DNA of 32,000 bases from Haloquadratum walsbyi C23 (GCF_000237865.1 NC_017459.1:1140001-1172000); one strand, 5' to 3'. Positions 17,335 through 27,456 are shown, counted from the first letter of the stretch. Notes: generated by a model from the sequence alone, not told the origin. Numbers and translations are program-made.

Positions 17335-17362
17335 AAAGCCCCGTTTTATTCCTGGGCTTTTT
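17335..17362 (+). terminator. Hairpin plus T-run downstream of the amidohydrolase gene
   Basis: AAAGCCC (17335-17341) pairs perfectly with GGGCTTT (17354-17360) over a 12-nt loop. It runs into TTTTT (17358-17362), 64 nt after the stop codon. Confidence 0.4.
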
Positions 17363-17375
17363 GCTCAGGTCGTAG

Positions 17376-17386
17376 AAATATTTTTA
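17376..17386 (+). promoter_or_regulatory. Candidate TATA box for the IclR gene
   Basis: AAATATTTTTA is centred about 29 nt upstream of ATG 17410, which would fit a leaderless transcript. The AT-rich context makes this weak. Confidence 0.3.
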
Positions 17387-17409
17387 TCCTGTCGATTTAA
17401 CGAAGGGGT

Positions 17410-18165
17410 ATGTCAGATGTGCCGGTGAACGCAATTCAAACGATGTTCACGATAGTCGAAATGCTCCAAGAATGCGGTAGCGCCGGTGTTTCAGAACTTG
17501 CCGAGCAGGTAGACCTTCCTCAGTCTACGGTATTTAATCATCTTAACACGTTAGAGAAAACAGGATATCTTATCAATAATAATGGGACATATCATCTAAG
17601 CTGCCGATTTCTAAATCTTGGGGCGGAGGCGCGCTCACATCACCAAATTCACGATATTGCTCGACAGAAGGTGGATCGATTAGCAACTGAAACTGGTGAA
17701 ATGTCAGCATTATTAATTGAGGAAAACGGTCGTGGGATATTCCTTCATCGCGCTGAGGGAAGACAGGCTGTACACATTGACAGTTACATTGGTCAGCAAA
17801 TCTTCCTTCATGGGGCTGCACTCGGTAAAGCGATTCTTGCTTCACTTCCACGAAGTGAGGTTAATGACATTATCGAAGCAAGAGGGCTTCCAGAACTCAC
17901 AGATAATACTATTACTGATCGTAAAGCGTTATATGAAGAGCTTGACGACATCGATAATGAAGGTGTTGCATATGATGATCAAGAGCGATTACCTGGTCTT
18001 CGAAGCGTCGCTATTCCATTAACTGATACTGAGGAAACTGTCTTAGGGTCAGTGAGTATTGCCGGTCCAACGAGTCGAGTGAATGATCAGCGGTTTTATG
18101 AGCGATTTCCTACTGAACTGCGTGAAGTAGCGAAAGCCGTCGAACTCGATTTAAGATACTCCTAA
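17410..18165 (+). CDS. IclR family transcriptional regulator
   Basis: The N-terminal wHTH reads VSELAEQVDLPQSTVFNHLNTLEKTGYL. The C-terminal IclR effector domain carries LHGAALGKAILA and SIAGP motifs. Length is 251 aa. Confidence 0.9.
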   Translation: MSDVPVNAIQTMFTIVEMLQECGSAGVSELAEQVDLPQSTVFNHLNTLEKTGYLINNNGTYHLSCRFLNLGAEARSHHQIHDIARQKVDRLATETGEMSALLIEENGRGIFLHRAEGRQAVHIDSYIGQQIFLHGAALGKAILASLPRSEVNDIIEARGLPELTDNTITDRKALYEELDDIDNEGVAYDDQERLPGLRSVAIPLTDTEETVLGSVSIAGPTSRVNDQRFYERFPTELREVAKAVELDLRYS

Positions 18166-18378
18166 CTCAGTCCCCTCTAAGAAGTATTTTCAATGCCCAA
18201 GAGTTTATTTCGATAATGGAAAAACAATAACAAAAGTACCATTGTTACAATATGAGACACCATCACAAATCAATTTATATCGCAGGAAATACTCTTTAAT
18301 TATTTCTTATCAACGGATGCGTCAATTATATCATGGGCTTTGGCGATATTCCCGCCTGTGGTGACGGTGGGTATTCTA

Positions 18379-18427
18379 CAGAGAAAGCAGCCAGAGTGCC
18401 TCGGGGCTTGACCCCGGAGCAGTTCAC
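18379..18427 (+). repeat. Copy C of the ~48-nt hairpin repeat (family a)
   Basis: CAGAGAAAGCAGCCAGAGTGCCTCGGGGCTTGACCCCGGAGCAGTTCAC. It shares the exact 25-mer CAGAGTGCCTCGGGGCTTGACCCCG with the reverse complement of 8339-8384. Confidence 0.6.
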
Positions 18428-18590
18428 TATGAGTGTAATACCAGTACGTATTGCAGTGAAATCAAAATCATATTATTATGTCATAAAATTGCCCATATGA
18501 AACAATATAAATGATAAAATTTCGAGTAGAGTAGTTTTTCACGTCTGTAAGGCAGTCGATGCGATTGCCCCAAGAGTATGGTGTGGATAT

Positions 18591-19349
18591 TTATTTGAAT
18601 GCGACACACCGAGAGACACTGGACTCGCCACCGCGGAATCGCCATGGGAATGTCCCAATCTGGACACGCTCACCGAGCAACTCTGTTGGAACCTGGGCGT
18701 TCTCAACATGAACGATTCCCTCAGGAAAGAGCTCAGTATGCATCAACTGGTAGCCTTCAGGTGGAAATATCTCATCAAGATCATCAACCTCAAAGTGCTC
18801 AGCAGCCTCTCTGGCGAGCTCCGGGCGGATATCTCGGATCACGGTGTTCATTGGATGATCGGCGCTTCCACAGTCAAGAATAAGATAATTAATCTCCATC
18901 TCTTTGCACCACTCAGCGAACTCCGCGTTTGGACCGGGATGTTTACAGAAGAATTTGTGTGGATCAGCCTCCTCACGGTGCCATGCGTGATCTTGATATC
19001 CTGTATGTATGAACAGGATGTCACCTTTTCGAACATCAGCAGCCTGCTCAATCATTTCGCTTGTGTAGATGTCATAATCACCGACTTGATCGGATATGTC
19101 TGCAATGACTCCATCACCAACTAACTCATTCAAAGACATATCAGCAATGTCTCGCCCATGTGCAATAAAATGCTTTTCGCCATCAAGATGCGTTCCGGTA
19201 TGATTCATGAACTCAATTTTTTGTCCATTCACCTTCTCGGTATCAAGACTCTTTTCATACCATATCTTTGGATTGTCATATGTCGGCCATGCAGGAGTCT
19301 CCTGTGACCATGGCTGTGTCAAGTCATACATTTCATAACCATCAAGCAT
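18591..19349 (-). CDS. Cyclase-family metal-dependent hydrolase (kynurenine formamidase / isatin hydrolase-like)
   Basis: The HxGTHxDxxxH motif appears as MNHTGTHLDGEKHF. The 252-aa size is typical of the Pfam Cyclase family. Confidence 0.85.
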   Translation of the reverse strand: MLDGYEMYDLTQPWSQETPAWPTYDNPKIWYEKSLDTEKVNGQKIEFMNHTGTHLDGEKHFIAHGRDIADMSLNELVGDGVIADISDQVGDYDIYTSEMIEQAADVRKGDILFIHTGYQDHAWHREEADPHKFFCKHPGPNAEFAEWCKEMEINYLILDCGSADHPMNTVIRDIRPELAREAAEHFEVDDLDEIFPPEGYQLMHTELFPEGIVHVENAQVPTELLGERVQIGTFPWRFRGGESSVSRCVAFK

Positions 19350-19694
19350 TCGTGTTACTTCTCATTCGCCAGTTAAATTAAATATTTGGGAATTAGTCAC
19401 TATCATTTATCTGCCTATCTAGCTGGTTGAACTGAGAACATTCATTATTCCCTACAACTCGCAGCCGAGTTGTCCGCCTCAATCGTGTATCGAGTCTATG
19501 AATGTAAGTGTACGTATCATTTGATTTTTCATTAGCGAAAATGACCACTACTGGTCAGATAAAATAACTATAGTGCCACCTGAGAAGCTAGTATGATTAT
19601 CACTCGATGGTATGTATTGTTATTTTGCATAGGCAGCATCTGTCAGTATGTGAATAGTCAACATATATGTAACATTGGTCATTGATTGTTATTT

Positions 19695-20744
19695 ATGAGT
19701 GAAATGTCCGCTGTTATGCTCTCCGAGTGGGGTGGTGAATTGTCTGTTGACACGGTTACTCAGCCGGAACCGGGTCCAAATGAAGTCCGCATCGCGGTTC
19801 GAGCCTGTGCAATCACCCGAACTGTTGAGAATGCAATCCAAGGTGGGCTTTCTGATGATCCATCATTACTCCCTCGAATTCCAGGTCATGAGTTCGCTGG
19901 TGTTATTGATGCTGTCGGTCCAATGGTCTCCTCGGTTGCCCCCGGTGATCGCGTACTGTCGTACTTTTATTTGACCTGTGGGATGTGTCAAGCCTGTCGA
20001 CAGGGCAATCGTAACCAATGTACAGATTTTGATGGCTGGGTCGGTGTCAATTGTGATGGTGCATACGCGGAGTATGCGACTATCCCGGCTGCAAATGCGA
20101 TTCCGATACCCGATGAGTGCTCATTCACCGCGGCAGCGCTAGCTGCTGATGGATTGGCGACTCCGCTGCATGTATGTGAGCGTGCCGATATCACTGACAG
20201 CGATACAGTTTTGATCCTCGGTGGTGCAGGACGTATCGGAATTCATCTTTCGCAACTGGCTGCAAGTCGCGGTGCAAACGTGATATCAGCTGATGTGAAT
20301 CAGACACAACTCACACATATCGATGAGATGACTGGTTCAGCGGTAGAAACTGTCGATGCCAGTCGTGATGATTTTGCAGACCAAGTTCAGCATGCTACCT
20401 CCTATGCCGGTGGACCGACTGTTATTGTTGACACAGTCGGCGATATAAATACAATCAAAGATGCATGGGACCTGTTAGGGATGGGGGGGTGTCTAGTAAC
20501 GCTAACAACACATCATGATCGATCTTTTGCACCCCCTTTGAAACAGTTTGTTTATACTGAGACAAGTCTTATTGGATCCCGATATGCAACCTCTGATCAG
20601 GTCATCCGAGCCGCACAGATGTTTGCGGATAATCGGATCAATCATGTTGTCCGTGACACAGTTGGGCTTGATGAAGTCCCGGCGATACATGCACAACTTC
20701 GTGCAGGCGAGACGTTCGGAACAACGATGCTAACTCCTCGCTGA
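19695..20744 (+). CDS. Zinc-binding medium-chain alcohol dehydrogenase family oxidoreductase
   Basis: The catalytic-zinc region is GHEFAGVIDAVG. The structural-zinc Cys cluster is CGMCQACRQGNRNQC. The Rossmann motif is LILGGAGRIG. The start is placed at ATG 19695, whereas the track starts at TTG 19686. Confidence 0.85.
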   Translation: MSEMSAVMLSEWGGELSVDTVTQPEPGPNEVRIAVRACAITRTVENAIQGGLSDDPSLLPRIPGHEFAGVIDAVGPMVSSVAPGDRVLSYFYLTCGMCQACRQGNRNQCTDFDGWVGVNCDGAYAEYATIPAANAIPIPDECSFTAAALAADGLATPLHVCERADITDSDTVLILGGAGRIGIHLSQLAASRGANVISADVNQTQLTHIDEMTGSAVETVDASRDDFADQVQHATSYAGGPTVIVDTVGDINTIKDAWDLLGMGGCLVTLTTHHDRSFAPPLKQFVYTETSLIGSRYATSDQVIRAAQMFADNRINHVVRDTVGLDEVPAIHAQLRAGETFGTTMLTPR

Positions 20745-20816
20745 GTCAGCGCGGGTGGAGCATATAGCCGGTACATACTTACCTGAGTTATACAATAACA
20801 CACAGTATGAGGGGAG

Positions 20817-22016
20817 ATGAAACCAGTGTTAGATGATGTCTCAGTTATTGATTTATCGACATTTGTAACAGGTGGGTTCTCTTCGCTGATGCTCGCAGCA
20901 CAAGGCGCAGACGTAATAAAAATTGAACGACCTGACGTGGGTGATGATATTCGTCATTCCGGTCCGCCATTCATTAACGGGGAATCCCCATATTATTGGA
21001 CTGTTAATTATGATAAGCGGAGTATTGAGCTCAATTTAAAAACCGAACCCGGGAAGATGGCGTTATATGATCTTGTTGAGGCAGCAGATGTCGTTATCCA
21101 GAATTTTCGACCTGGTACAGCAGACCGACTTGATATTGCATATGATGATCTCACAAAATATAATGATAGTCTCATATATTGCGATATCTCTGCGTTCGGT
21201 AACACAGGACCTTGGAGTGAACGACCTGGATACGACTTGCTCGTTCAGGGACTGAGTGGTATTATGTCAGTCACCGGTGAGGCTGATAGTAATCCAGCTA
21301 AAGTTGGGCTCCCGCAGACAGATCTCATCACTGGTATGTGGGCAGCCTTCGGTATTATGGGGGCATTATATCGACGTGAACGGACAGATGAAGGTGAGTA
21401 TATTGAGCTTGGAATGCTGGACGCAACGCTACCATGGCTCACGAAGCAGGCTGGAAAAGTATTCGCGGATGAAACCCCAGAACGGATGGGCACACAAGAC
21501 CCTGTGCTTGCTCCATATCAAACGCTTAAAACTGGTGATGGGTATATCAATATCGCCTGTTTGAATGAAAAGCTGTGGCAGGCTCTTTGTGATGCGATTG
21601 AACGACCAGATCTCAGCGAAAATAAGCGATTTGAGACAAATGCCGACCGAGTCGAGAATATGGACGCTCTTGCAGTAGAACTTGAAACAGCATTATCCGA
21701 GCGGACCACTGATGAGTGGATGACAGTCTTCACTGATGCAGGGGTCCCTGCCGGTCCTGTCCAGACTGTTGCAGATGCGCTCTCTAACGAGCAGACTGAT
21801 GCCCGTGGAATGATTAACACAATTACTGACGGTAATCGTGAGATTCCAGTCATCGAACACCCATTAAATTTCAAAAACGCTCAGTCTGGATTTGATGCTC
21901 CACCGCCTAAACTTGGCGAGCACACCAATGAGGTATTCGCTGAACTCGGATATACTGAACAGAAACTCGAACACCTCCGGAAAAAGGGTGTCTTTGGTAA
22001 CAATGATTCTGAATAA
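20817..22016 (+). CDS. Family III CoA-transferase (CaiB/BaiF type)
   Basis: The N-terminus VIDLSTFVTGGFSSLMLAAQGADVIKIERP, NFRPG, and GLPQTDLITG with the catalytic Asp context match the family. The 399-aa length is typical of CoA_transf_3. Confidence 0.9.
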   Translation: MKPVLDDVSVIDLSTFVTGGFSSLMLAAQGADVIKIERPDVGDDIRHSGPPFINGESPYYWTVNYDKRSIELNLKTEPGKMALYDLVEAADVVIQNFRPGTADRLDIAYDDLTKYNDSLIYCDISAFGNTGPWSERPGYDLLVQGLSGIMSVTGEADSNPAKVGLPQTDLITGMWAAFGIMGALYRRERTDEGEYIELGMLDATLPWLTKQAGKVFADETPERMGTQDPVLAPYQTLKTGDGYINIACLNEKLWQALCDAIERPDLSENKRFETNADRVENMDALAVELETALSERTTDEWMTVFTDAGVPAGPVQTVADALSNEQTDARGMINTITDGNREIPVIEHPLNFKNAQSGFDAPPPKLGEHTNEVFAELGYTEQKLEHLRKKGVFGNNDSE

Positions 22017-22062
22017 ACAATTAAAATGTATAACCGCAGCTGCGACCACAGTCGCTATCGGA

Positions 22063-22101
22063 GTTAGTGTTGGTGTTGGTGTTGGTACTGGTACTGGTAC
22101 T
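22063..22101. repeat. Hexanucleotide microsatellite (GTTGGT)n(ACTGGT)n
   Basis: GTTAGT GTTGGT GTTGGT GTTGGT ACTGGT ACTGGT ACT lies in the spacer between the CoA-transferase and XdhC genes. Confidence 0.9.
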
Positions 22102-22157
22102 AACATTCATCACACCGGTTGTTCAGTCTGCTGTGGTATCGACATGTGCCTGTTCCA

Positions 22158-23348
22158 ATGGAGTCATCAACACGGAATAGTGATACAATGAATATATCAC
22201 ATATCGATACTGATGACCCTTGGAGTGTCACAGAGAAAGATCTCCGTAAAGAAATACGGAGCCTGCGCGAAGCAGGTGAATCAGCAGCTGTTGCAACTGT
22301 TATGACTGTTGAGGGTTCAGCATATCGTCGCCCAGGAGCGAAGATGTTAATCTCAGCAGACCAGCGTAATTATGGTGCAGTCACGGCTGGATGTCTTGAG
22401 GACATGGTCCTTGATATTGGGCATGATGTCATTGAGACAGATGAACCACGCATCGAGGTGTTTGATCTTATGGAGAATAATGACGAGGCATGGGGACTTG
22501 GTCTGGGATGTAATGGTGTTATTGAGTTATTTGTTGAGCCATTAGACGCAAGCTGGGATTATCCACTCGCCACAGTAGCCGATAATGACCCAGTAACCGT
22601 CCTCACTGTCATTGATTCTGAGGGCTCTCTGCCGAGGGGAAGTCGTACCGTAATTACGGATAATGCCCGGCGAAACGCTAAGACTCGTCGCAAGATACCT
22701 AGTGCATTGATTGAATCAGTCGATGATAAAATCGCCAGTGTTCACTCTACGAATCAAACGTACGTGGCTCAATTGGATGAAACGCGCGTATTAATTGATG
22801 GATTGATACCCACTGATGATCTGCTCATATTCGGTGGGCAAAGAGATATTACACCGGTGACTCAACTCGCCAATCAAGTCGGATTTCGAACTCATGTGCA
22901 CTCTGGACGTGGAGCGATTGATGAATCATCAATCCCAATAGCAGACAGTGTTACTACTGGACACCCAACTGAGATTGCTACTCATGTTAACACTGATGAA
23001 ACTACGTACGCCATTGTAATGTCACATAATCTACTTGATGATAAATTAGCTGTCGAGACGCTGCTTCGTGAGACTGAGGTGCCACATATCGGGATCATGG
23101 GTCCAAATGAGCGTTTTGAAGAGCTACGAGAGTCACTCATGAAAGACGGTCTGCAACTCACAGCAGCGGATCTTGATCGGATCTCAGCTCCGGTTGGACT
23201 CGACCTTGGTGGCGGTGAGCCAGTCGAGATTGCACTCAGCATTGTAAGTGAGGCTCTCGCGGTGAGTAATGACCGCACAGGCGGACAACTGTGTGAGCAA
23301 GCAGGATATATCCATTCACGAATAGGTCAAAAAGGTAATTCGGAGTAA
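22158..23348 (+). CDS. XdhC/CoxI family molybdenum-hydroxylase maturation protein
   Basis: The XdhC_CoxI N-domain motif is VEGSAYRRPGAKM...GAVTAGCLE. The C-terminal Rossmann-like domain has LLIFGGQRD. The start is uncertain: ATG 22158 or ATG 22188. The track start 22119 gives an implausible leader. Confidence 0.8.
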   Translation: MESSTRNSDTMNISHIDTDDPWSVTEKDLRKEIRSLREAGESAAVATVMTVEGSAYRRPGAKMLISADQRNYGAVTAGCLEDMVLDIGHDVIETDEPRIEVFDLMENNDEAWGLGLGCNGVIELFVEPLDASWDYPLATVADNDPVTVLTVIDSEGSLPRGSRTVITDNARRNAKTRRKIPSALIESVDDKIASVHSTNQTYVAQLDETRVLIDGLIPTDDLLIFGGQRDITPVTQLANQVGFRTHVHSGRGAIDESSIPIADSVTTGHPTEIATHVNTDETTYAIVMSHNLLDDKLAVETLLRETEVPHIGIMGPNERFEELRESLMKDGLQLTAADLDRISAPVGLDLGGGEPVEIALSIVSEALAVSNDRTGGQLCEQAGYIHSRIGQKGNSE

Positions 23349-23448
23349 GGTTTATACAGACAATTTCACTATTAGTCTGCATACAAATGGTATGTGTACG
23401 ACTAACGTCCCTCATTCAGTATCAACAAAAACAGTTGGGTGAAAATCA

Positions 23449-24351
23449 ATGAAACCCGCTGCATTCGAGTATCATCTCCCAGATAGTGTTTCAGAAGCGA
23501 CGAGATTGCTTGCTGAGCTCCCAGAAGCAGAACTTATGGCAGGTAATCAATCACTTGGGATTGCAATGTCAAATCGAGTCGCTACCCCAGATCACATCAT
23601 CGATATAAATGGGCTTACAGAACTTGATTATCTTGATATTGGTGATAAGAAGATTGAGATCGGTGCGATGGTCAGACATCGCGACATGGAGAAGTCATCA
23701 GCACTGACAGAGGCGTTCCCAATTTTATCTATCTCTGCAGGGAAGATAGCCGGACCTGTGGTCCGTAATCGCGGCACGCTTGGTGGAAGCATTGGTGAAG
23801 CTGACCCTGGCGGTAATTACCCTTCGGTACTTGTAGCAATGGGTGGTGAAATTGAGTTACTATCTACTGATCACACCCGAACTGTTGATGCTACGGACTA
23901 CTTTACTGCGGATACGACAGATAGCATCAACGAGAATGAACTCATCAAGTGTGCTCGATTTTCAAAGAAACCGTTCCCAAGTCACCGAACAGGAATGGCA
24001 TTCTTGCGAAAGAAAGAAGCTGCACAATCGTGGCCAATCGTGAGTGTTGCAAGCGCTGTCAGAGTCGCTGATCCGACTCATCAAAATCCAGTTATCGAAG
24101 AGGCTCGCGTTGGCTATGCGAATGCTGCTGATGTCCCACTTAGACTGCAAAGCGTTGAGGCTGCAATTGAGGGTGAACCGATTTCAGAGCAAACACTTCG
24201 CACCGCCGGTGAACGTGCCTACGATGAGGTGCAACCTCAGAGTGAACTCCATGCCGATAAGACGTATAAACGAGAGTTGGCTTGCGAACTGACTAAACGA
24301 GTCTTTCGACGGTCATACGACCGTGCGACTGCTGAGCCAATTGTTGTATAA
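23449..24351 (+). CDS. Molybdenum hydroxylase FAD-binding medium subunit (CoxM/XdhB-like)
   Basis: FAD_binding_5 pattern: F.Y..P.S..EA..LL, AGNQSLG and RNRGTLGGSI. The C-terminus is CO_deh_flav_C-like. Length is 300 aa. Confidence 0.9.
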   Translation: MKPAAFEYHLPDSVSEATRLLAELPEAELMAGNQSLGIAMSNRVATPDHIIDINGLTELDYLDIGDKKIEIGAMVRHRDMEKSSALTEAFPILSISAGKIAGPVVRNRGTLGGSIGEADPGGNYPSVLVAMGGEIELLSTDHTRTVDATDYFTADTTDSINENELIKCARFSKKPFPSHRTGMAFLRKKEAAQSWPIVSVASAVRVADPTHQNPVIEEARVGYANAADVPLRLQSVEAAIEGEPISEQTLRTAGERAYDEVQPQSELHADKTYKRELACELTKRVFRRSYDRATAEPIVV

Positions 24352-24444
24352 ATGCCTGATAACAGCTATGAGTATCATATCAACGATGTCCTCAGCAAAG
24401 ACATATTTATATCATCTCATTCGTAGTAAATAACATGATATATT

Positions 24445-24978
24445 ATGAGCATTGATAAAAATAAAGCAGTTGACGAACGTCCGACGCGGGAAGTATCGAT
24501 CACAGTGAATGGTGAAGAAATAACCTCAGAAATCGAGCCACGGATCAAACTCTCCGATTTTCTCCGGTATCACGCTAACCTCAATGGTGTTCGAGTTGGG
24601 TGTGAACATGGTGCTTGTGGTGCTTGCACGGTCAGTGTTAATGGCGACCTTGTCAAGAGTTGCTTAATGTATGCAGTACAGACTGACGGCGATGAAATCC
24701 TTACTGTTGAAGGACTATCTGAAAATGGCTCGTTACATCCTGTTCAGCAGGCCTTTCATGAATCACATGCGCTTCAATGTGGATTTTGCACCAGCGGATT
24801 TGTTATGTCAACATATGACTTACTTACAGATAATCCCAGTCCATCTCGTGAGCAGACAAAAAAACACCTTTCTTCGAACATCTGTCGATGTACAGGATAT
24901 CAAAATATCTATGAGGCTGTTGATCGAGCAGCCGAGAACATATCCGATGATGAGTCAATGAAACTGGAGGATAATTAA
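24445..24978 (+). CDS. Molybdenum hydroxylase [2Fe-2S] small subunit (CoxS/XdhC-iron-sulfur type)
   Basis: Both cluster motifs are present: CEHGACGACTV (plant-type) and QCGFCTSGF...CRCTGY (Fer2_2). The stop overlaps the next start (TAATG at 24976-24980). Confidence 0.95.
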   Translation: MSIDKNKAVDERPTREVSITVNGEEITSEIEPRIKLSDFLRYHANLNGVRVGCEHGACGACTVSVNGDLVKSCLMYAVQTDGDEILTVEGLSENGSLHPVQQAFHESHALQCGFCTSGFVMSTYDLLTDNPSPSREQTKKHLSSNICRCTGYQNIYEAVDRAAENISDDESMKLEDN

Positions 24979-27452
24979 TGTCACAACCAGACACCACCAC
25001 AGGCGATGTTACCGACACTGCCAGTGATACTGAGAAATTTGTCGGAAAGGGATTAAATCGCGTCGAGGATCATCGTATCCTTACTGGTCGTGCAGAATAT
25101 ATCCATGATATAGCGCCAGACAACTCAGTAAGTATGGGTTTCTTGCGGAGTGCGCATGCACGCGCTGATATTGTGAATATCGACGTCAGTGCTGCCGAAG
25201 CACATCCTGACTGTCGTCTTATATTAACCGGTGAAGATATTGCTGCAGAATATCATCCAATGCCTTGTGGGCTTAATGGTATTTCAGAATGGGCATTACC
25301 GAAAGAAACGGTCAATTTTGTTGGTGAACCAGTTGCATTGGTCATTGCACATAATCGATATATCGTTGAGGATTTGATCGATCTGATTGATGTAGAATAT
25401 GAAATTAAAGAACCAGTCATTGACTCACGTGACGCGTGTCAGGATAACATAGTCATCCATGATGAACTTGGCACGAACGTTCCTGATAGTGAATGTTTGC
25501 ACTTTGGCGAGGTGAAAGATGCCTTCGAGTCGGCTGACAATGTCATCGAAAATCAATACTCATGGGGGCGCATTTCTGGAGTCCCACTTGAGACGGCTGG
25601 GGTCGTCGCCGAATACGATACTGAGACTGATAGCTTCCATATTGACTGCAATATTCAGCTTCACACGTTGGTCGATGACACAATTTATGAGCCATTGGGG
25701 TATGACCCAGATGATGTGGTCTTAAATGTTCCACCAGATGTTGGTGGGAGCTATGGGACAAAAATCGCCCTTCATCGCTACTGCACGCTTGCTGCGATTG
25801 CGAGTCAACAACTCGATGGAACTCCAGTAAAATATGTTGAAGACCGAATTGAGAACATGAAAGGCGGAGATATGCATTCTTCAGACCGAGAGTACTCATT
25901 TCGAATTGCCTTTGACGATGATGGCATAATTCAGGGTATTGATGTGAATTTCACCGATGACTTTGGTGCATACCCACGATATCCGGTTAATCAGACATTA
26001 AAACCACTCACGAACGTCACGAATACATACGATATCGATCATGTGCGGTATGAATATGAGTTGGTATTAACTAATAAGACATCACAAACAGCTTACCGTG
26101 GATTCGGTGTTCCACAGCATCTGTACGCTCTCGAAATGGCTGTTGATGAGGCTGCTCGAGAGATTGAGATGGATCCATATGAATTTCGCCAGCGGAATCT
26201 GGTTCAGCCAGAGCAGATGCCACATAAACTCCCAACAAAGAATATGTATGACTCTGGGGACTTCCCAGCAGCGCTCACTCGAATTAAAGAACTTGTTGAA
26301 GATGAAGAGCAAACAGAGGGCGGACTTCTTGATCCTGATATTATTGAACAGCGTCAAGCTGAAGGGAAATACCGAGGTGTTAGTTATACAGTCCACGTTG
26401 AACCCGGTGTGAGCGGTGCCGACTGGACCAACCGTCAGCGTTCAGATCGTGAGCAACTCTCTGAGCGTGAAATGGACGATGTGGAAGAACTCCCTGAGCA
26501 CCTTCGATGTGAGATAGAGGATGACGGTCGCTTGTTAGTGTATCTCGCTGCAGATTCCTCTGGACAGGGGCATCAAACAATCATCAAACAGTTATTATCG
26601 GACAAACTTGGATTGATACCAAGCGATATTGAGGTTGATTATCTTGATAGTGTCGAAGCACCCACAGAGTATGGTGCAGCCGCTTCACGAATGGCAGTAA
26701 TGCTCTCGGGTGCTGCTGCTGGTCTCGCCGATACGCTTTCGTCTAATCTTGAAAACCTGGCTGCTGAGTATTGGAACGTATCAAAAGAGGAAGTAAGCTA
26801 TCACGACGGTGGTGTCGAGATCATCAGCGAGGAAAAACATCTCACAATGGCAGATCTTGCTGACATAGCATCAGAGCGTGATGATGATGATGCACCCCTC
26901 ACCAATGCCTCCTATGATTATCAACATCCTGTCTATGATAATGAAGAATATGAAGAGGCATTCACTAATAAATATCCTGTATATCCAACAGCAGCGTTCG
27001 CGGCGAACGCCCCGATTGTCGAGGTTGATACACAGACCGGCAATGTGGAGGTGCTGAAGTTCTACTCATTACGGGACTGTGGAACCCAGATTAATCCAAC
27101 AATCGTTGAAGGACAGGCTCACGGCGGCATCGCCCAGGGGATTGGCGCAACACTACTGGAAGAATTTGTATATGATGATGCTGGGCAACCGCAATCAACA
27201 ACACTTTCTGATTATCTGCTTCCTTCGACACAGAATGTCCCAGAGATTGAAATGGAACATACTGAAACTCCATCACCATTCACCGAAACGGGAGCAAAAG
27301 GCACCGGCGAAGGAGGGATGATTGATGGACCACCTGCGATTGCCACGGCAATTAATCGCGCGTTAGAGCCATTTGACATCGTGGTTGACCGTGTGCCGGC
27401 TACATCTAACCGTATCCGCGAATGGGTTCGCGAAAGCGATACGAGTTCGTGA
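24978..27452 (+). CDS. Molybdenum hydroxylase molybdopterin-binding large subunit (xanthine dehydrogenase/aldehyde oxidase family)
   Basis: 824 aa. The N-terminus is hammerhead-type (GKGLNRVEDHRILTGRAEYIHD). The loop TAYRGFGVPQ lies at 26091-26108. The C-terminal TGAKGTGEGG carries the conserved catalytic Glu context. Several acidic insertions are typical of halophiles. Confidence 0.95.
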   Translation: MSQPDTTTGDVTDTASDTEKFVGKGLNRVEDHRILTGRAEYIHDIAPDNSVSMGFLRSAHARADIVNIDVSAAEAHPDCRLILTGEDIAAEYHPMPCGLNGISEWALPKETVNFVGEPVALVIAHNRYIVEDLIDLIDVEYEIKEPVIDSRDACQDNIVIHDELGTNVPDSECLHFGEVKDAFESADNVIENQYSWGRISGVPLETAGVVAEYDTETDSFHIDCNIQLHTLVDDTIYEPLGYDPDDVVLNVPPDVGGSYGTKIALHRYCTLAAIASQQLDGTPVKYVEDRIENMKGGDMHSSDREYSFRIAFDDDGIIQGIDVNFTDDFGAYPRYPVNQTLKPLTNVTNTYDIDHVRYEYELVLTNKTSQTAYRGFGVPQHLYALEMAVDEAAREIEMDPYEFRQRNLVQPEQMPHKLPTKNMYDSGDFPAALTRIKELVEDEEQTEGGLLDPDIIEQRQAEGKYRGVSYTVHVEPGVSGADWTNRQRSDREQLSEREMDDVEELPEHLRCEIEDDGRLLVYLAADSSGQGHQTIIKQLLSDKLGLIPSDIEVDYLDSVEAPTEYGAAASRMAVMLSGAAAGLADTLSSNLENLAAEYWNVSKEEVSYHDGGVEIISEEKHLTMADLADIASERDDDDAPLTNASYDYQHPVYDNEEYEEAFTNKYPVYPTAAFAANAPIVEVDTQTGNVEVLKFYSLRDCGTQINPTIVEGQAHGGIAQGIGATLLEEFVYDDAGQPQSTTLSDYLLPSTQNVPEIEMEHTETPSPFTETGAKGTGEGGMIDGPPAIATAINRALEPFDIVVDRVPATSNRIREWVRESDTSS

Positions 27453-27456
27453 ACTC

